From NCBI GenBank assembly GCA_963755025.1, contig CAVWIH010000014.1, positions 32,001 through 96,000 of the forward strand: a stretch of DNA of 64,000 bases, in the 5' to 3' direction. Source of the DNA: an uncultured Actinomycetes bacterium (GTDB lineage: Bacteria > Actinomycetota > Thermoleophilia > UBA2241). The position numbers and the translations under genes were made by a program. This document shows positions 44,021 to 53,724 of the stretch, one piece after another (the first letter of the stretch is position 1; each line of letters begins with the position of its first letter). The notes below the pieces were generated by a model. It did not search any database. It worked only from the letters and a program-made list of their open reading frames with translations, and was not told where the DNA came from.

Positions 44021-44430
44021 AGGGTCTTCACCTGCTCGTCGGAGAGCAGCGCGACCTTGCCCGCGAGCAGCCCGACGGCGCGGTCGATGTCGTGCACCGC
44101 GAAGCAGATGTTGTTGAACGAGATGCTGTAGAGGTAGTCGACCGAGATCTTCTGCTCGGCGAGCGTGTCGAGCACGCGCGCGAGACCGCCCGGCTGGTCG
44201 GTCACGCCCACGCAGATGACCTGCGAGAGGTGGGTGGTGAAGCCGGCTTCGTGCAGGATCTCGCGAGCGGCGACCGGGTCGGGCACGATCAGGCGCACGA
44301 TGCCGTATTCGGCGGCCTCGGTCGTTGAGAAGCCGCGGATGTTCACGCCGCGGCGCCCCAGAAGGTCGGCGATCTCGGCAAGCCGCCCGCTGCGGTTTTC
44401 AAGAAAGACCGTCACTTGCGTGACCTTCAC
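44017..44430 (-). CDS. ACT domain protein
   Basis: QVTVFLENRSGRL...DQPGGLA tandem ACT domains; typical neighbour of paaK. Confidence 0.85.
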   Translation of the reverse strand: MKVTQVTVFLENRSGRLAEIADLLGRRGVNIRGFSTTEAAEYGIVRLIVPDPVAAREILHEAGFTTHLSQVICVGVTDQPGGLARVLDTLAEQKISVDYLYSISFNNICFAVHDIDRAVGLLAGKVALLSDEQVKTL

Positions 44431-45032
44431 GACCCCTCCTCGGTGAGTGCGACCGTTGGTGCAGCGGCCTCGCGGCCAAGGGCGAACGCCCGCCGGTTGA
44501 GCTCGAGCAGCTTGCCCGGGATGGCCAGCTCGAGCGCCCGCTCCCAGGCGCGCGAGCCGAAGGGCAGGGCGTGCGTCGCCGCGCCCACGAGGGCGACGTT
44601 GGCGGCGCGCACCGAGCCCGCCTCGCGGCCCAGCGCTTCGGCGTCGACGGCGATGAGCTGGATGAGCCGCGCCCGGGCGGCCTCGGCCAGGTCGGTGGGG
44701 TAGGCGCGCTCACCGCGCAGGACGCTGCCGGGAGCGATCGTGGTCGTGGCGTAGACCAGGGTGCCCTTGTCGGGCAGCAACGCGAGCGCGCGACGGCCCT
44801 CGAGCGCCTCGGTGGCGATCACGAGGTCGGCGCGCGGCGCCACCGGCGACCAGACCTGCGTGCCGTAGCGCACCGTCGAGACCACGCTGCCGCCGCGCTG
44901 CGCCATGCCGTGGACCTCGCTCGTCTTCACCTCGAAGCCGGCCGCCATGGCGGCCTGGGCGACCAGCGAGGCCGCCAGGAGGATGCCCTGGCCGCCCACC
45001 CCCGCCAGCGCCACTGTGGCGACGCCGTTCAC
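44427..45032 (-). CDS. iorB: Indolepyruvate:ferredoxin oxidoreductase beta subunit
   Basis: AGVGGQGILLA, SEVHGMAQRGGSV, NRRAFALG. Confidence 0.9.
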   Translation of the reverse strand: MNGVATVALAGVGGQGILLAASLVAQAAMAAGFEVKTSEVHGMAQRGGSVVSTVRYGTQVWSPVAPRADLVIATEALEGRRALALLPDKGTLVYATTTIAPGSVLRGERAYPTDLAEAARARLIQLIAVDAEALGREAGSVRAANVALVGAATHALPFGSRAWERALELAIPGKLLELNRRAFALGREAAAPTVALTEEGS

Positions 45033-46897
45033 GAGCCGGCCGGGGCGGCATCGGGCGGTTCGGGGGCCGCGTCGGGCCGGGGCGCGGCCGCGTCGGCCGC
45101 GGACGGGTCGGCCTCGTCGCGTGGCGCGGGCGCGCTGATCGCGCCGCGCGCGCAGACCGCCAGGCACACCCCGCAGCCGGTGCAGTCGCTCGTGATCTCG
45201 ACCGACTCGTCGCCGGCCGCGACCGCCGGGCAGCCGAGCTCGAGGCACAGGCCGCAGAGATTGCAGCGGTCGTCGTCGACGACCACCGCGTCGCGCGGAC
45301 CCTTGCCGGTGAGCAGCACACAAGGCGCGAGGGCGACCAGCACGCGCAGCTCGCCGGCCGCAATGGCCGCGGTGATGGCGGCCTTGACGGCCGCTTCGTC
45401 GAAGGCGTCGACGGTGCTGACCGGCACGCCGATGCCGCGACAGAGCTGCTCGATGTCGACCGCCGGGCCGCTGGCCTTGTCGGGGTGCAAGCCGGTGCCG
45501 GGGTGGCCCTGGCGACCGGTCATGGCGGTCGTGCGGTTGTCGAGCACGATCACGAGGCCGGGCGTCTGGTTGTAGTGGGCGTCGATCAGGGGCGTGATGC
45601 CCGAGTGAAAGAAGGTGGAGTCGCCGATCACCGACACGGCGGCGATGCGCTTGAGCATGCGGTTCATGCCGGCCATCATGCCGATGCCGGCGCCCATGCA
45701 CAGGCAGCTCTCGAGTGAGAGCAGCGGCGGCAGCGCGCCCAGCGTGTAGCAGCCGATGTCGCCCATCACGGCGACCTTCTGGCGGCGCAGCATGGCGTAG
45801 ACGGCGCGGTGCGGGCAGCCCGGGCACAGCACGGGCGGACGCACCGGCAGGTCGGCGGCCGGCGTGGGCGCGGGCGTGATCATCGGCGGCGGCGGGTACA
45901 CGGGGCGCTTGCGCCGCGGCGGGCGGCGCTTGAGCACCGGCTCGAGGGCATCGAAGACGATCTCCTGGTTCAGCTCGCCGTTGCTCGGGATGACCTCTTT
46001 GCCGACCACCGGCAGGCCGAGGGCGCGTACCTGGTCTTCGATGAACGGGTCGAGCTCTTCGACCACGAACACGCGCGACACCGAGTCGTAGAGCTTGGCG
46101 ACCTTGCCGTAGGGCAGCGGGTGCGACATGCCGAGCTTGAGGAACCAGGCCTTGGGGAAGGCCTCGCGGGCGTAGGTGTAGGCCACCCCCGACGCGATGA
46201 TGCCGATGTCGCTGGTGCCGGCCTCGAGGACGTTGAGCGGCGACTGCTCGGCGCGCCGGCGCAGCGCTTCGAGGCGGGCGAGCGCCAGGCGATTGCGCTC
46301 GCGGGCGTACTCGGGGACCATCACGTACTTGGCGACGTCTTTGACGTAAGCGGGCGAGTCGGGGAGCAGCGGGGCGCGCGGCACGACCTGCCCGCGACCG
46401 TGCGAGAGGCGCGTGGTCGAGCGCAGCAGCACCGGCGTGTCGAACTCTTCAGAGAGCTCGAACGCCCAGGCCATGAAGTCGTAGGCCTCCTGGCTGTCGG
46501 AGGGCTCGAGCAGGGGCACGCGGGCGAAGGCGGCGTAGTGGCGGTTGTCCTGCTCGTTCTGCGAGGAGTGCATGCCGGGGTCGTCGGCCGAGACGATCAC
46601 GAGACCGGCGTTCACACCGGTGAGCGCCAGCGTCATGAAGGGGTCGGCCGCCACGTTCAGGCCGACGTGCTTCATGGTGACGAGCGTCCGGCCCCCGGCC
46701 AGGCCGGCGCCTATGCCGGTCTCGAGGGCGACCTTCTCGTTGGCGCACCACTCGACGATCGGCCCCTCGAGCCCGGCGAGCTCCTCGATGATCTCGGTCG
46801 AGGGCGTGCCGGGGTAGCCGCAGGCAAAGCCCAGGCCGGCGCGTACCGCGCCGCGCGCGATCGCTTCGTTTCCTGACAGGAAGGGGAGCCGTTCCAC
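45029..46897 (-). CDS. iorA: Indolepyruvate:ferredoxin oxidoreductase alpha subunit
   Basis: SGNEAIARG, GYPGTPSTEI, MKHVGLNVAAD, LCPGCPHR, GDIGCYTLG, GDSTFFH, C-terminal ferredoxin. TATAAT at 46908-46913. Confidence 0.92.
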   Translation of the reverse strand: MERLPFLSGNEAIARGAVRAGLGFACGYPGTPSTEIIEELAGLEGPIVEWCANEKVALETGIGAGLAGGRTLVTMKHVGLNVAADPFMTLALTGVNAGLVIVSADDPGMHSSQNEQDNRHYAAFARVPLLEPSDSQEAYDFMAWAFELSEEFDTPVLLRSTTRLSHGRGQVVPRAPLLPDSPAYVKDVAKYVMVPEYARERNRLALARLEALRRRAEQSPLNVLEAGTSDIGIIASGVAYTYAREAFPKAWFLKLGMSHPLPYGKVAKLYDSVSRVFVVEELDPFIEDQVRALGLPVVGKEVIPSNGELNQEIVFDALEPVLKRRPPRRKRPVYPPPPMITPAPTPAADLPVRPPVLCPGCPHRAVYAMLRRQKVAVMGDIGCYTLGALPPLLSLESCLCMGAGIGMMAGMNRMLKRIAAVSVIGDSTFFHSGITPLIDAHYNQTPGLVIVLDNRTTAMTGRQGHPGTGLHPDKASGPAVDIEQLCRGIGVPVSTVDAFDEAAVKAAITAAIAAGELRVLVALAPCVLLTGKGPRDAVVVDDDRCNLCGLCLELGCPAVAAGDESVEITSDCTGCGVCLAVCARGAISAPAPRDEADPSAADAAAPRPDAAPEPPDAAPAGS

Positions 46898-47090
46898 TGG
46901 TCTCGCGATTATAGCGGTCCGCCGCGGGTTGGGCACGACCCGGCGCAATTCGCTCGACTCGGAGCCTGGCGAGCGACCCGGCGCACCCCCGAACACGCGG
47001 GGCCGGCAGGAATCGCGGCGCCGGGCGCGAAACGTGGACCATGCGGCATGTTGGCCATCTCACTCTCGTCCCCCGAGGCGCAGGCAAGCG

Positions 47091-48101
47091 GTGAAGACCC
47101 CGCCTCGCAGACGCCCCTCACCGGAGCTCTCGCGAGGTCGCTTCCGGACCCTCTTTTTTGGCCTTGTCGTGTGCGCCGCCCTGGCGCTGCGCGTGGCGCC
47201 GGCGGCCCTCACGGCGGCCATCGCCGCCGGCTTCGGCGCCTGGTCGATCTCGATCGCCCGCGGCCGCGGCCGCTCCCTCTCGCAAAGCTTCGTGGTGTGT
47301 GACTGGCTGCTGCTCGGACTGACCCTCGTGCTCAGCGGCGGCGTGAGCAGCCCGCTGCTCGTCGCCGTGCCCCTGCTGGTCGTCGTGCAGCTCCTGCCCA
47401 GCGAGAAGGCCGAGTGGCCCTACCTCGTGGGTCCGAGCCTGCTGCTGCCGATCGTGCTGGCCATCGCCGACCCTACGCTCGGCGGCCACCGCATCTTCGC
47501 CCTGGGCGCGCTCGCCGGGCTCGTGCTCGCCGGCGTTGCGCTGGCGGTGCGGCTGCGGCGCGTGCCGCGCCGCAGCCGCACCGCCAGCGCCCCCGCCGTC
47601 GACGCCACCACGGGCTACTACGGCCGCCAGCGCCTGCGCTCTCTGCTGCCCACCGAGCTGGCCGCCGCCGAGGCGGCCCACGAGCCGCTGGCGCTGGTCT
47701 GCGTGCGCCTCGACCACTTCCGCGACCTGCACGACTTTCGCGGCGCCGAGGGCAGCGAGGCGGTCGTGCGCACCGTGGCGCGGCGCCTGAAAGGCACGCT
47801 CGGCCCCGACGACCTGGCCTTTCGCCTGAGCCCGGACACGCTGGCCTTCACGCTGCGCGATCGCGACGCCCGCGCGGCGAAGGCGTGGGCGCAGGCGGCC
47901 GGCCACGAAGTCGCCGGCCGCCTCATCGACCGTCACCGCCAGACGCTGTCGTTCGGTCACGCCGCCTACCCGCCGCTGCACGACCCACGCGAGCTCTTAG
48001 ACGAAGCCCTCGCCGCGCTCGCCGCTCCCGTGAGCACCGAGCTGGTGCCCGCCGCACCCGCCCTGGCGAACGCCGACCTGCCGGTCGCGGTCGCCCAGTA
48101 G
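47091..48101 (+). CDS. Membrane protein with a degenerate GGDEF domain
   Basis: Several TM helices, then DATTGYY..., LDHFRDLHDFRG, and RLSPDTL in place of RxGGDEF. Confidence 0.7.
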   Translation: MKTPPRRRPSPELSRGRFRTLFFGLVVCAALALRVAPAALTAAIAAGFGAWSISIARGRGRSLSQSFVVCDWLLLGLTLVLSGGVSSPLLVAVPLLVVVQLLPSEKAEWPYLVGPSLLLPIVLAIADPTLGGHRIFALGALAGLVLAGVALAVRLRRVPRRSRTASAPAVDATTGYYGRQRLRSLLPTELAAAEAAHEPLALVCVRLDHFRDLHDFRGAEGSEAVVRTVARRLKGTLGPDDLAFRLSPDTLAFTLRDRDARAAKAWAQAAGHEVAGRLIDRHRQTLSFGHAAYPPLHDPRELLDEALAALAAPVSTELVPAAPALANADLPVAVAQ

Positions 48102-48258
48102 GCGCCGGTCGCCGCGGCCACCCGGTCGCGCGGCCCGGCACGCTGGTCGCGCGGCAGGCCCCGCCACACCCGCCCGGACGCCCGCCGTCACTGCCGCCGG
48201 CAGCGCCATCTCCAAGGTCCGCTTGAAACCGCGCGAACCGTAGCCCTAGTATGGGGCT

Positions 48259-48558
48259 GTGGAGATCGACATCGGCAGCGAACAGATCAGCCAGGGGATC
48301 GCCGTGCACGTCCGCGTCCGCCTGTCTGCGCGCGAGCTGAACCGTCTCTTCATGTCGGGCGACACCCTCGTCCAGCTTCCCCTCGACGGCGCGCTCGACG
48401 ACGCCGGGGGACCTCCCATCCCGCGCATGAGCATGTTCCTCAGCGAGATCGCCGGCGCGCCCGACGGCTTTCTGCGCACCTTCTCCGATGCGGCGTACGC
48501 CGACAGCTTCGCCAGAGTCGTGCGCGAACAGATCTCGACAGCCCTGGAGGCCTCATGA
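48259..48558 (+). CDS. Hypothetical protein, probably leaderless
   Basis: Good codon usage. TTGAAA-18-TAGTAT promoter places the start site at the GTG. Stop overlaps the next ATG. Confidence 0.6.
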   Translation: MEIDIGSEQISQGIAVHVRVRLSARELNRLFMSGDTLVQLPLDGALDDAGGPPIPRMSMFLSEIAGAPDGFLRTFSDAAYADSFARVVREQISTALEAS

Positions 48559-48893
48559 ACACAAGCGACGCGCTCGTCGCCAAGCTCGCGCCGTACCGGG
48601 AGCGGCCCGGAGTCAAGGCCGCTCTTCTCGTCTCGCACGACGGCTTTCTGGTAGCGACGTCGGCCGACCCCGACATCGACGCCGAAGCGATCGCCGCCCA
48701 CCTCGGCGGCACGATCGACATAGGCGCCCGCCTGGCCGACGAGCTCGGCCAGCACGAGACGCGCCTCATCACCATCGAGCTCGACGCCTTGCGAGTCGTG
48801 CTCGCGCCCTTCAGCGACGAGCTGCTGCTCTGCCTGATCGGCACGACCGACGCCATCACGCTCGAGTACCGCCTGCGCGGCGGGAGCGTGTGA
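48555..48893 (+). CDS. Roadblock/LC7 (MglB-like) domain protein
   Basis: PGVKAALLVSHDGFLVA...DAEAIAA...ELG..ITIE. Confidence 0.85.
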   Translation: MNTSDALVAKLAPYRERPGVKAALLVSHDGFLVATSADPDIDAEAIAAHLGGTIDIGARLADELGQHETRLITIELDALRVVLAPFSDELLLCLIGTTDAITLEYRLRGGSV

Positions 48894-48984
48894 GCGCAGC
48901 CGCACCACCGTTCACTCCCGCCCCCGTGCCCTTCGCACGGGGAGCGGTCTCCGCGGACCCTCGAAGCAAAGGAGTGTGGTCCCT

Positions 48985-49581
48985 ATGGAAGACGCCGCCG
49001 AGAAGCTCGACGAGCTGGCGCGGGCCGAACAACAGTGCACGAGATGCGGCGACATCGTGTCCTGCCGGCTACGCGCCTTATCCGGAACCGGACATCCGCA
49101 CGCCCAGGTCATGTTCGTGTCGCTCCATCCGTCGCCCGAAGAAGAGGCCGCAAACCTCCCCGCCGGCACCGCCGTACTGCGCGAGCTTGCCGAGCTGATC
49201 CCGGCGCTGTCGAACGGCGGCCGCGCCAAGGCCTATTTCACGACCGTCGTGAAATGCGTGCCGCGCAGCGACTGCCACCTGCGCCGACCCAACTCCGACG
49301 AGCAGGACAACTGCTACACGTTCCTGTCCCGCGAGATCTCGATCACCACACCGCACTACGTCGTGCCCATCGGCGACGAAGCCTCGCGCTTCTTGCTCGA
49401 CAAGCTGTTCGGGCAGGCCGACGCCGACGACCACGACCCCCTCGAGGTGCGCGTCTACGACAGCCCTTCGTTCAAGGTGGTGCCCATCGCGGCGCCCGGC
49501 GAGGTGGCGGTGCGCGAGCCGCGGGCCCGCGACGAGTACGTCAAGGCGCTGCGCACCCTGGCCACGGTGATGGGCCTGTAA
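48985..49581 (+). CDS. Uracil-DNA glycosylase family 4-like protein with degenerate catalytic motifs
   Basis: CTRC..R...G.G...A.VMFV, TTVVKCVP..RRP...E..NC. GEAPG is replaced by SLHPS and HP by AP. Confidence 0.7.
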   Translation: MEDAAEKLDELARAEQQCTRCGDIVSCRLRALSGTGHPHAQVMFVSLHPSPEEEAANLPAGTAVLRELAELIPALSNGGRAKAYFTTVVKCVPRSDCHLRRPNSDEQDNCYTFLSREISITTPHYVVPIGDEASRFLLDKLFGQADADDHDPLEVRVYDSPSFKVVPIAAPGEVAVREPRARDEYVKALRTLATVMGL

Positions 49582-49653
49582 GGTCGCGCGAGCGCCGCGG
49601 CGCCGCCGGCCCGCCGCCCGTAAGGGCGCCCGGCCGGCGGCGCCGCTCGCCTG

Positions 49654-50544
49654 CTAGGGCACGATCACTCGCAAGGCGGCCGGCGCTATGCGGCAGTCGA
49701 TGGGCAGCCGGCCGGCCGGCTCGCCGTCGGTCTGCACCAGCACCTCGCCCTTCTCATCCGGCGCGACCGAGAGGCGCGCGCTCTTGGTGCGGAAGTAGCG
49801 CACCTTGGAGTGCTGCATGGGGGCGGACAGCAGGGCCGCCAGCCAGTAGCCGGCGAACTCGAAGAACGATTTGTCGGTGAGCACGCAGACGTCGAGCAGG
49901 CCGTCGCGCATGTCGGCCAGCGGCGTCACGCCAAAGTTGCCGCCGTAGTTCGAGGCGTTGCCGAGCACCACGAAGTAGCCGTCGACGCACTCTTCGTCGG
50001 TCTCGATGCGAATGAGGGGAGAGTCGCTCGTCAGGTACTTGGCGAACCCCTGAATGGCGAAGGCCGCCTCGCGCAACGCGCGCTTGAGCGTGGGGTTCAG
50101 CGACGACACCACGGCGGCGTCGACCCCGGCGCCGGCCATGAGCGCGAAGTAGCGGTCGCCGGCCAGCCCCAGGTCGATGGCGATGACGTGACCGGCCGCC
50201 GCCAGGCGGCAGGCGTCGGGCGGGTCGAGCGGGATGCCGAGCTCGATCGCCAGCACGTTCACGGTGCCCGTGGGAATGACGGCCAGCGGCACGTCGCTGC
50301 CCGCCATGCCGTTGACGACCTCGTTGACCGTGCCGTCGCCGCCGACCGCGCAGATCACGTCGACGCCCGCCGCTACGGCCGCCCTGGCCAGGTCGGTGGC
50401 GTGGCCGGCCCGCTCGGTCGGCGCCTCGTCGACGTCGAACCCGAGCGCGCGCAGCGACCCCACGATGAGCGGTACGTCGCGCCGAAAGCGACCGCCGCCC
50501 GACGTCGGGTTGTAGATGGCGACCATGCGGCGGCCGACGCTCAT
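49654..50544 (-). CDS. Diacylglycerol kinase family lipid kinase (YegS/DAGK-like)
   Basis: YNPTSG, AVGGDGTVNEV, PTGTVNVLA, NYGG, DGLLDV, QTDGE. Confidence 0.9.
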   Translation of the reverse strand: MSVGRRMVAIYNPTSGGGRFRRDVPLIVGSLRALGFDVDEAPTERAGHATDLARAAVAAGVDVICAVGGDGTVNEVVNGMAGSDVPLAVIPTGTVNVLAIELGIPLDPPDACRLAAAGHVIAIDLGLAGDRYFALMAGAGVDAAVVSSLNPTLKRALREAAFAIQGFAKYLTSDSPLIRIETDEECVDGYFVVLGNASNYGGNFGVTPLADMRDGLLDVCVLTDKSFFEFAGYWLAALLSAPMQHSKVRYFRTKSARLSVAPDEKGEVLVQTDGEPAGRLPIDCRIAPAALRVIVP

Positions 50545-50844
50545 GACGCCGCCGCGAGGCGCTCGCCGGCGGGCGGGCACGGGTGGAGCGGCAGGTCGAG
50601 CAGGCGGCGCATGGTCGAATGATATGCGAAGCGGCCGCCGCAGAGCACCGATGGGCCGTCTGCCTGCGCCGTCTTGCTGCGCAGCCACGTCGCCAGTCTG
50701 GACAACGCCGAAACGCCCGCCGAAGTTTCGGTTCCAGTCTCGGAACCGCAGACTTTGGCTTGAGTGGGCGGCATCGGCCGGCAGGAGTCGCCTGAACCGG
50801 CGCGAACTCCTAGCCCTGCCGCCCAGCCGTCGAGGAGGAACCAG

Positions 50845-51093
50845 ATGGCAGACCAGCAAGCGAGCACCGAGGTGAAGACGATCGTCGTACCCAAGGCGCT
50901 CGAGGAGTTCTTCGCCCCCCGTCTCGAAGCGCGCTATGCGGCGCGCGGCGACGTACGCGTGGTCGTCGACAGGCGGCAGTCCGAACGCCGCGTGGCGGCC
51001 GGTCCCCGGCCCCAGCCCGATCGCCGCACCACCGAGCGACGCGTACTGGCCGGCTGGTGGAGCCTGCCCGACCTGCCGTTCCAGACCAACTAG
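50845..51093 (+). CDS. Small hypothetical protein with tandem DRRxxERR motifs
   Basis: AGGAGG Shine-Dalgarno; VVVDRRQSERR...DRRTTERR. Confidence 0.6.
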   Translation: MADQQASTEVKTIVVPKALEEFFAPRLEARYAARGDVRVVVDRRQSERRVAAGPRPQPDRRTTERRVLAGWWSLPDLPFQTN

Positions 51094-51114
51094 CGCCGCC
51101 GGCCGACACGGCCG

Positions 51115-51159
51115 ACGAAACGAGGGCGGGGCGCCTGCGGCGCCCCGCCCTCGTTTCGT
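51115..51159. terminator. Bidirectional hairpin terminator
   Basis: acgaaacgagggcggggcgcc-tgc-ggcgccccgccctcgtttcgt, a perfect inverted repeat between convergent genes. Confidence 0.8.
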
Positions 51160-51228
51160 GAGTCCTTCGTTCGTGCTCTCAGCCGTACTACGGGCTGTCC
51201 CTTGTGCGAGCCGCGCTCGCGGCCGACG

Positions 51229-51816
51229 TCAGATCCAGCCGTGCTCGCGGCTCACGATGACCGCCTGGGCGCGATCGACGACCTCGAGCTTGTGGTAGAC
51301 GTTGTGGAGGTGGTTGCGGATGGTGCTCTGCGACACCTGCAGGGCGTTGGCCACCTGCTTGTAGGTCTTGCCGCTGGCGAGCAGTTTGACGACTTCGTGC
51401 TCGCGCTCGGTGAGCGGGCTCGGCACGTCGGTCTTGGGCGCCTCGCCTTCGTGGAGGTGCACCTTCACGCGCGCCAGCAGCTCCTTTATGTGGAAGGGCT
51501 TGGTGATGTAGTCGACGGCGCCTTTTTCGAAGCCCTGCAGGCGGCTGTCGATGTCGCCGGCCGCCGTGAGGAAGATGATGGGGCAGTCGAGCGCGGCCGG
51601 CTTTTCGCGCAGCTTGGTGCAAACGGTGAACCCGTCGTAGTCGGGCAGGCCGATGTCGAGCAGCACGAGGTCGGGCAGCGACAGGGCGCCGTCGCGCACC
51701 GCCGAGCGTCCGTCGGGCGAGGTCGTGACCTCGTAGCCGGCCTGCGAAAGGGCTTCGTCGACCAACCGCAGGACGTCGGGGTTGTCGTCGACGACGAGTA
51801 TGCGTTTGGCGCCCAT
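51229..51816 (-). CDS. Response regulator (REC plus LuxR-type HTH)
   Basis: ILVVDD, DLVLLDIGLP, GAVDYITKPF, LTEREHEVV..LASG...STIRNHLHNVYHKL. Confidence 0.9.
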   Translation of the reverse strand: MGAKRILVVDDNPDVLRLVDEALSQAGYEVTTSPDGRSAVRDGALSLPDLVLLDIGLPDYDGFTVCTKLREKPAALDCPIIFLTAAGDIDSRLQGFEKGAVDYITKPFHIKELLARVKVHLHEGEAPKTDVPSPLTEREHEVVKLLASGKTYKQVANALQVSQSTIRNHLHNVYHKLEVVDRAQAVIVSREHGWI

Positions 51817-52017
51817 CAGCGGGCCGTGGGCCACGCCGGGCGCCTGGTGGGTACTGAACGCTGAAGGTTCACGGTTCGTGCCTCGATTCGCTGTCGCATC
51901 GCCGTGGGCAGCGCCGGGGTGATGCGTCTCAGGGTATCGGCACACGCAGCACAAACCTTAGGAGCGCCGGAGGGTGCGGCCGCGCCGGGCGGCGGCGGCC
52001 AGGCCTCGGAGCAGGCC

Positions 52018-52197
52018 CTACTGCAGCAGAGCGTCGCCGTAGGTGAACAACAGCCAGACGGTGAGCACGACGACCGCGCCGGCGACGCCGATGTCGAGGA
52101 ACTGCCGCCGCCGCACGGCGTCGATAACGAGCTCGATCAAAAAGAAGGCGGCGACCGCCAGGCCCACAGCTCCGGCGGCGATGATGACGACGTTCAC
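52018..52197 (-). CDS. 59-aa two-TM small membrane protein coupled to korC
   Basis: GTG overlaps the korC TGA. Translates as MNVVIIAAGAVGLAVAAFFLIELVIDAVRRRQFLDIGVAGAVVVLTVWLLFTYGDALLQ. Confidence 0.6.
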   Translation of the reverse strand: MNVVIIAAGAVGLAVAAFFLIELVIDAVRRRQFLDIGVAGAVVVLTVWLLFTYGDALLQ

Positions 52198-52841
52198 GCC
52201 GGGGGCAGCGCCGCGTCGCGGCCGGCCTCGCCGGCGGCGTCGAGCAGCGCGGCGTGGTCGCGCCCCAGCTGCAGGGCCCGCAGGTTGAGCTCGACGATGC
52301 GCGCCGGCAGGCGGCGACGCAGGGCGTCGGCCAGGGCGTCGGCGTCGACCAGGCCGCTCAGCTGCGAGACGGCGCCGAGCATGACGATGTTGGCGGCGAT
52401 GGCCTTGCCCAGCTCGTCCTCGGCCAGCTCGGTGAAGGGCAGGCCGACGAGGCGGCGCTCCGGCAGGGGCGCCGGGCGCACCAGCCGGTCGTCGTAGACC
52501 ACGAGACCGCCGGCCACGGTAAGACCCGCGTAGGCGTCGAACGCCTCCTGCGACAGACAGACGGTGATGACGGGCGACGTGACCTCGGGAAAGTCGATCT
52601 CGTCGTCGGAGACGATCACCTCGGCCTTTGAGGCGCCGCCGCGGGCCTCGGGGCCGTAGTTCTGGGTGGCGATGACCTCGCGGCCGGTGGCTACCGCGGC
52701 GTCGGCGAGCAGCGTGGCCGCCAGGATGATGCCCTGACCGCCGGCTCCCGAGAACCGGACCTCGTGACGGGCGGCCGCGACCGGCACTGCCGGCGCTGCC
52801 GGTGCAGTGCGTGCGGTTGGGGCGACGGGCGGCTCAGTCAC
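52194..52841 (-). CDS. korC: 2-oxoacid:ferredoxin oxidoreductase gamma subunit
   Basis: FSGAGGQGIIL, QNYGPEARGGAS, NIVMLGA, NLRALQLG. Confidence 0.88.
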   Translation of the reverse strand: MTEPPVAPTARTAPAAPAVPVAAARHEVRFSGAGGQGIILAATLLADAAVATGREVIATQNYGPEARGGASKAEVIVSDDEIDFPEVTSPVITVCLSQEAFDAYAGLTVAGGLVVYDDRLVRPAPLPERRLVGLPFTELAEDELGKAIAANIVMLGAVSQLSGLVDADALADALRRRLPARIVELNLRALQLGRDHAALLDAAGEAGRDAALPPA

Positions 52842-53724
52842 TGGGCGGCTCCTGAGAGCGGCGCACCACGTCGGCGTAGGCCGCCGTGTACTCCTGGCGC
52901 TCGGCGTGGTGCAGCACGCCGACCGGGTAGCGGTCGCGCAGGCGCGGGCCCTCGCTGTCAAACTTCTCGACGGGCACGGCGCGGGCCTTCTGCATCTTGA
53001 GCATGTCGGCCGGCGTGGGGATGCCGTTCTGGCGGCCGTAGTAGGTGGGGCAGGCGACCATGGCCTCGACGAACGAGAACCCCTTGTGGGCGATGCCGCC
53101 GGCAATCAACTGCGCGAGGCGCTGGTAGTTGTACGACGTGCCGCGGGCCACGTAGGTGGCGCCGGCGGCGCGGGCCAGCTCGCAGATGTCGAAGGCCTGC
53201 TCGACGTTACCGTAGACGCTCGTCGTGGAGACGTCGCCCTCGAAGGTCGTGGGACTCATCTGGCCGCCGGTCATGCCGTAGATGGAGTTGTTGAAGACCA
53301 CGGCGGTGACGTCGATGTTGCGCCGCGCTGCGTGGATCAGGTGGTTGCCGCCGATCGCCACGCAGTCGCCGTCGCCCATGACGACGATCACGTTCAAGCC
53401 CGGGTCGGCCGCCTTGGCGCCGGTCGCCACGGCCAGGGCGCGGCCGTGGGCGGTGTGCACGGTCGACCAGTTGAGGTAGGCGGTGATACGCCCGGCGCAG
53501 CCGATGCCGGCGATCACGCAGGTGCGGTCGGCGTCGAAGTCGAGCGCCAGCGAGGCGTCGATCAGCGCGCGGGTGACGATGCCGTTGGAGCAGCCCGGAC
53601 ACCAGAGCGTCTTGGGCGTGCGCAGGTGGCTCGTGATCTCGGCCGTGCGGTGCGGCGTGACGCGCGGCAGGCTGGTGTCGTGCGGGGCGCGTTCGAGCAG
53701 TTCTTCGTCGACCAGGGCGGTCAT
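52834..53724 (-). CDS. korB: 2-oxoacid:ferredoxin oxidoreductase beta subunit
   Basis: WCPGCSNG, GIGC, HTAHGRA, GDGD...GGNHLIHAARRN, CPTYYG. Confidence 0.9.
   Translation of the reverse strand: MTALVDEELLERAPHDTSLPRVTPHRTAEITSHLRTPKTLWCPGCSNGIVTRALIDASLALDFDADRTCVIAGIGCAGRITAYLNWSTVHTAHGRALAVATGAKAADPGLNVIVVMGDGDCVAIGGNHLIHAARRNIDVTAVVFNNSIYGMTGGQMSPTTFEGDVSTTSVYGNVEQAFDICELARAAGATYVARGTSYNYQRLAQLIAGGIAHKGFSFVEAMVACPTYYGRQNGIPTPADMLKMQKARAVPVEKFDSEGPRLRDRYPVGVLHHAERQEYTAAYADVVRRSQEPPSD

Noticed and set aside
47053-47067. ccatctcactc shared with the leader near 18430
   Set aside because: An 11-mer match is expected by chance in this amount of sequence.
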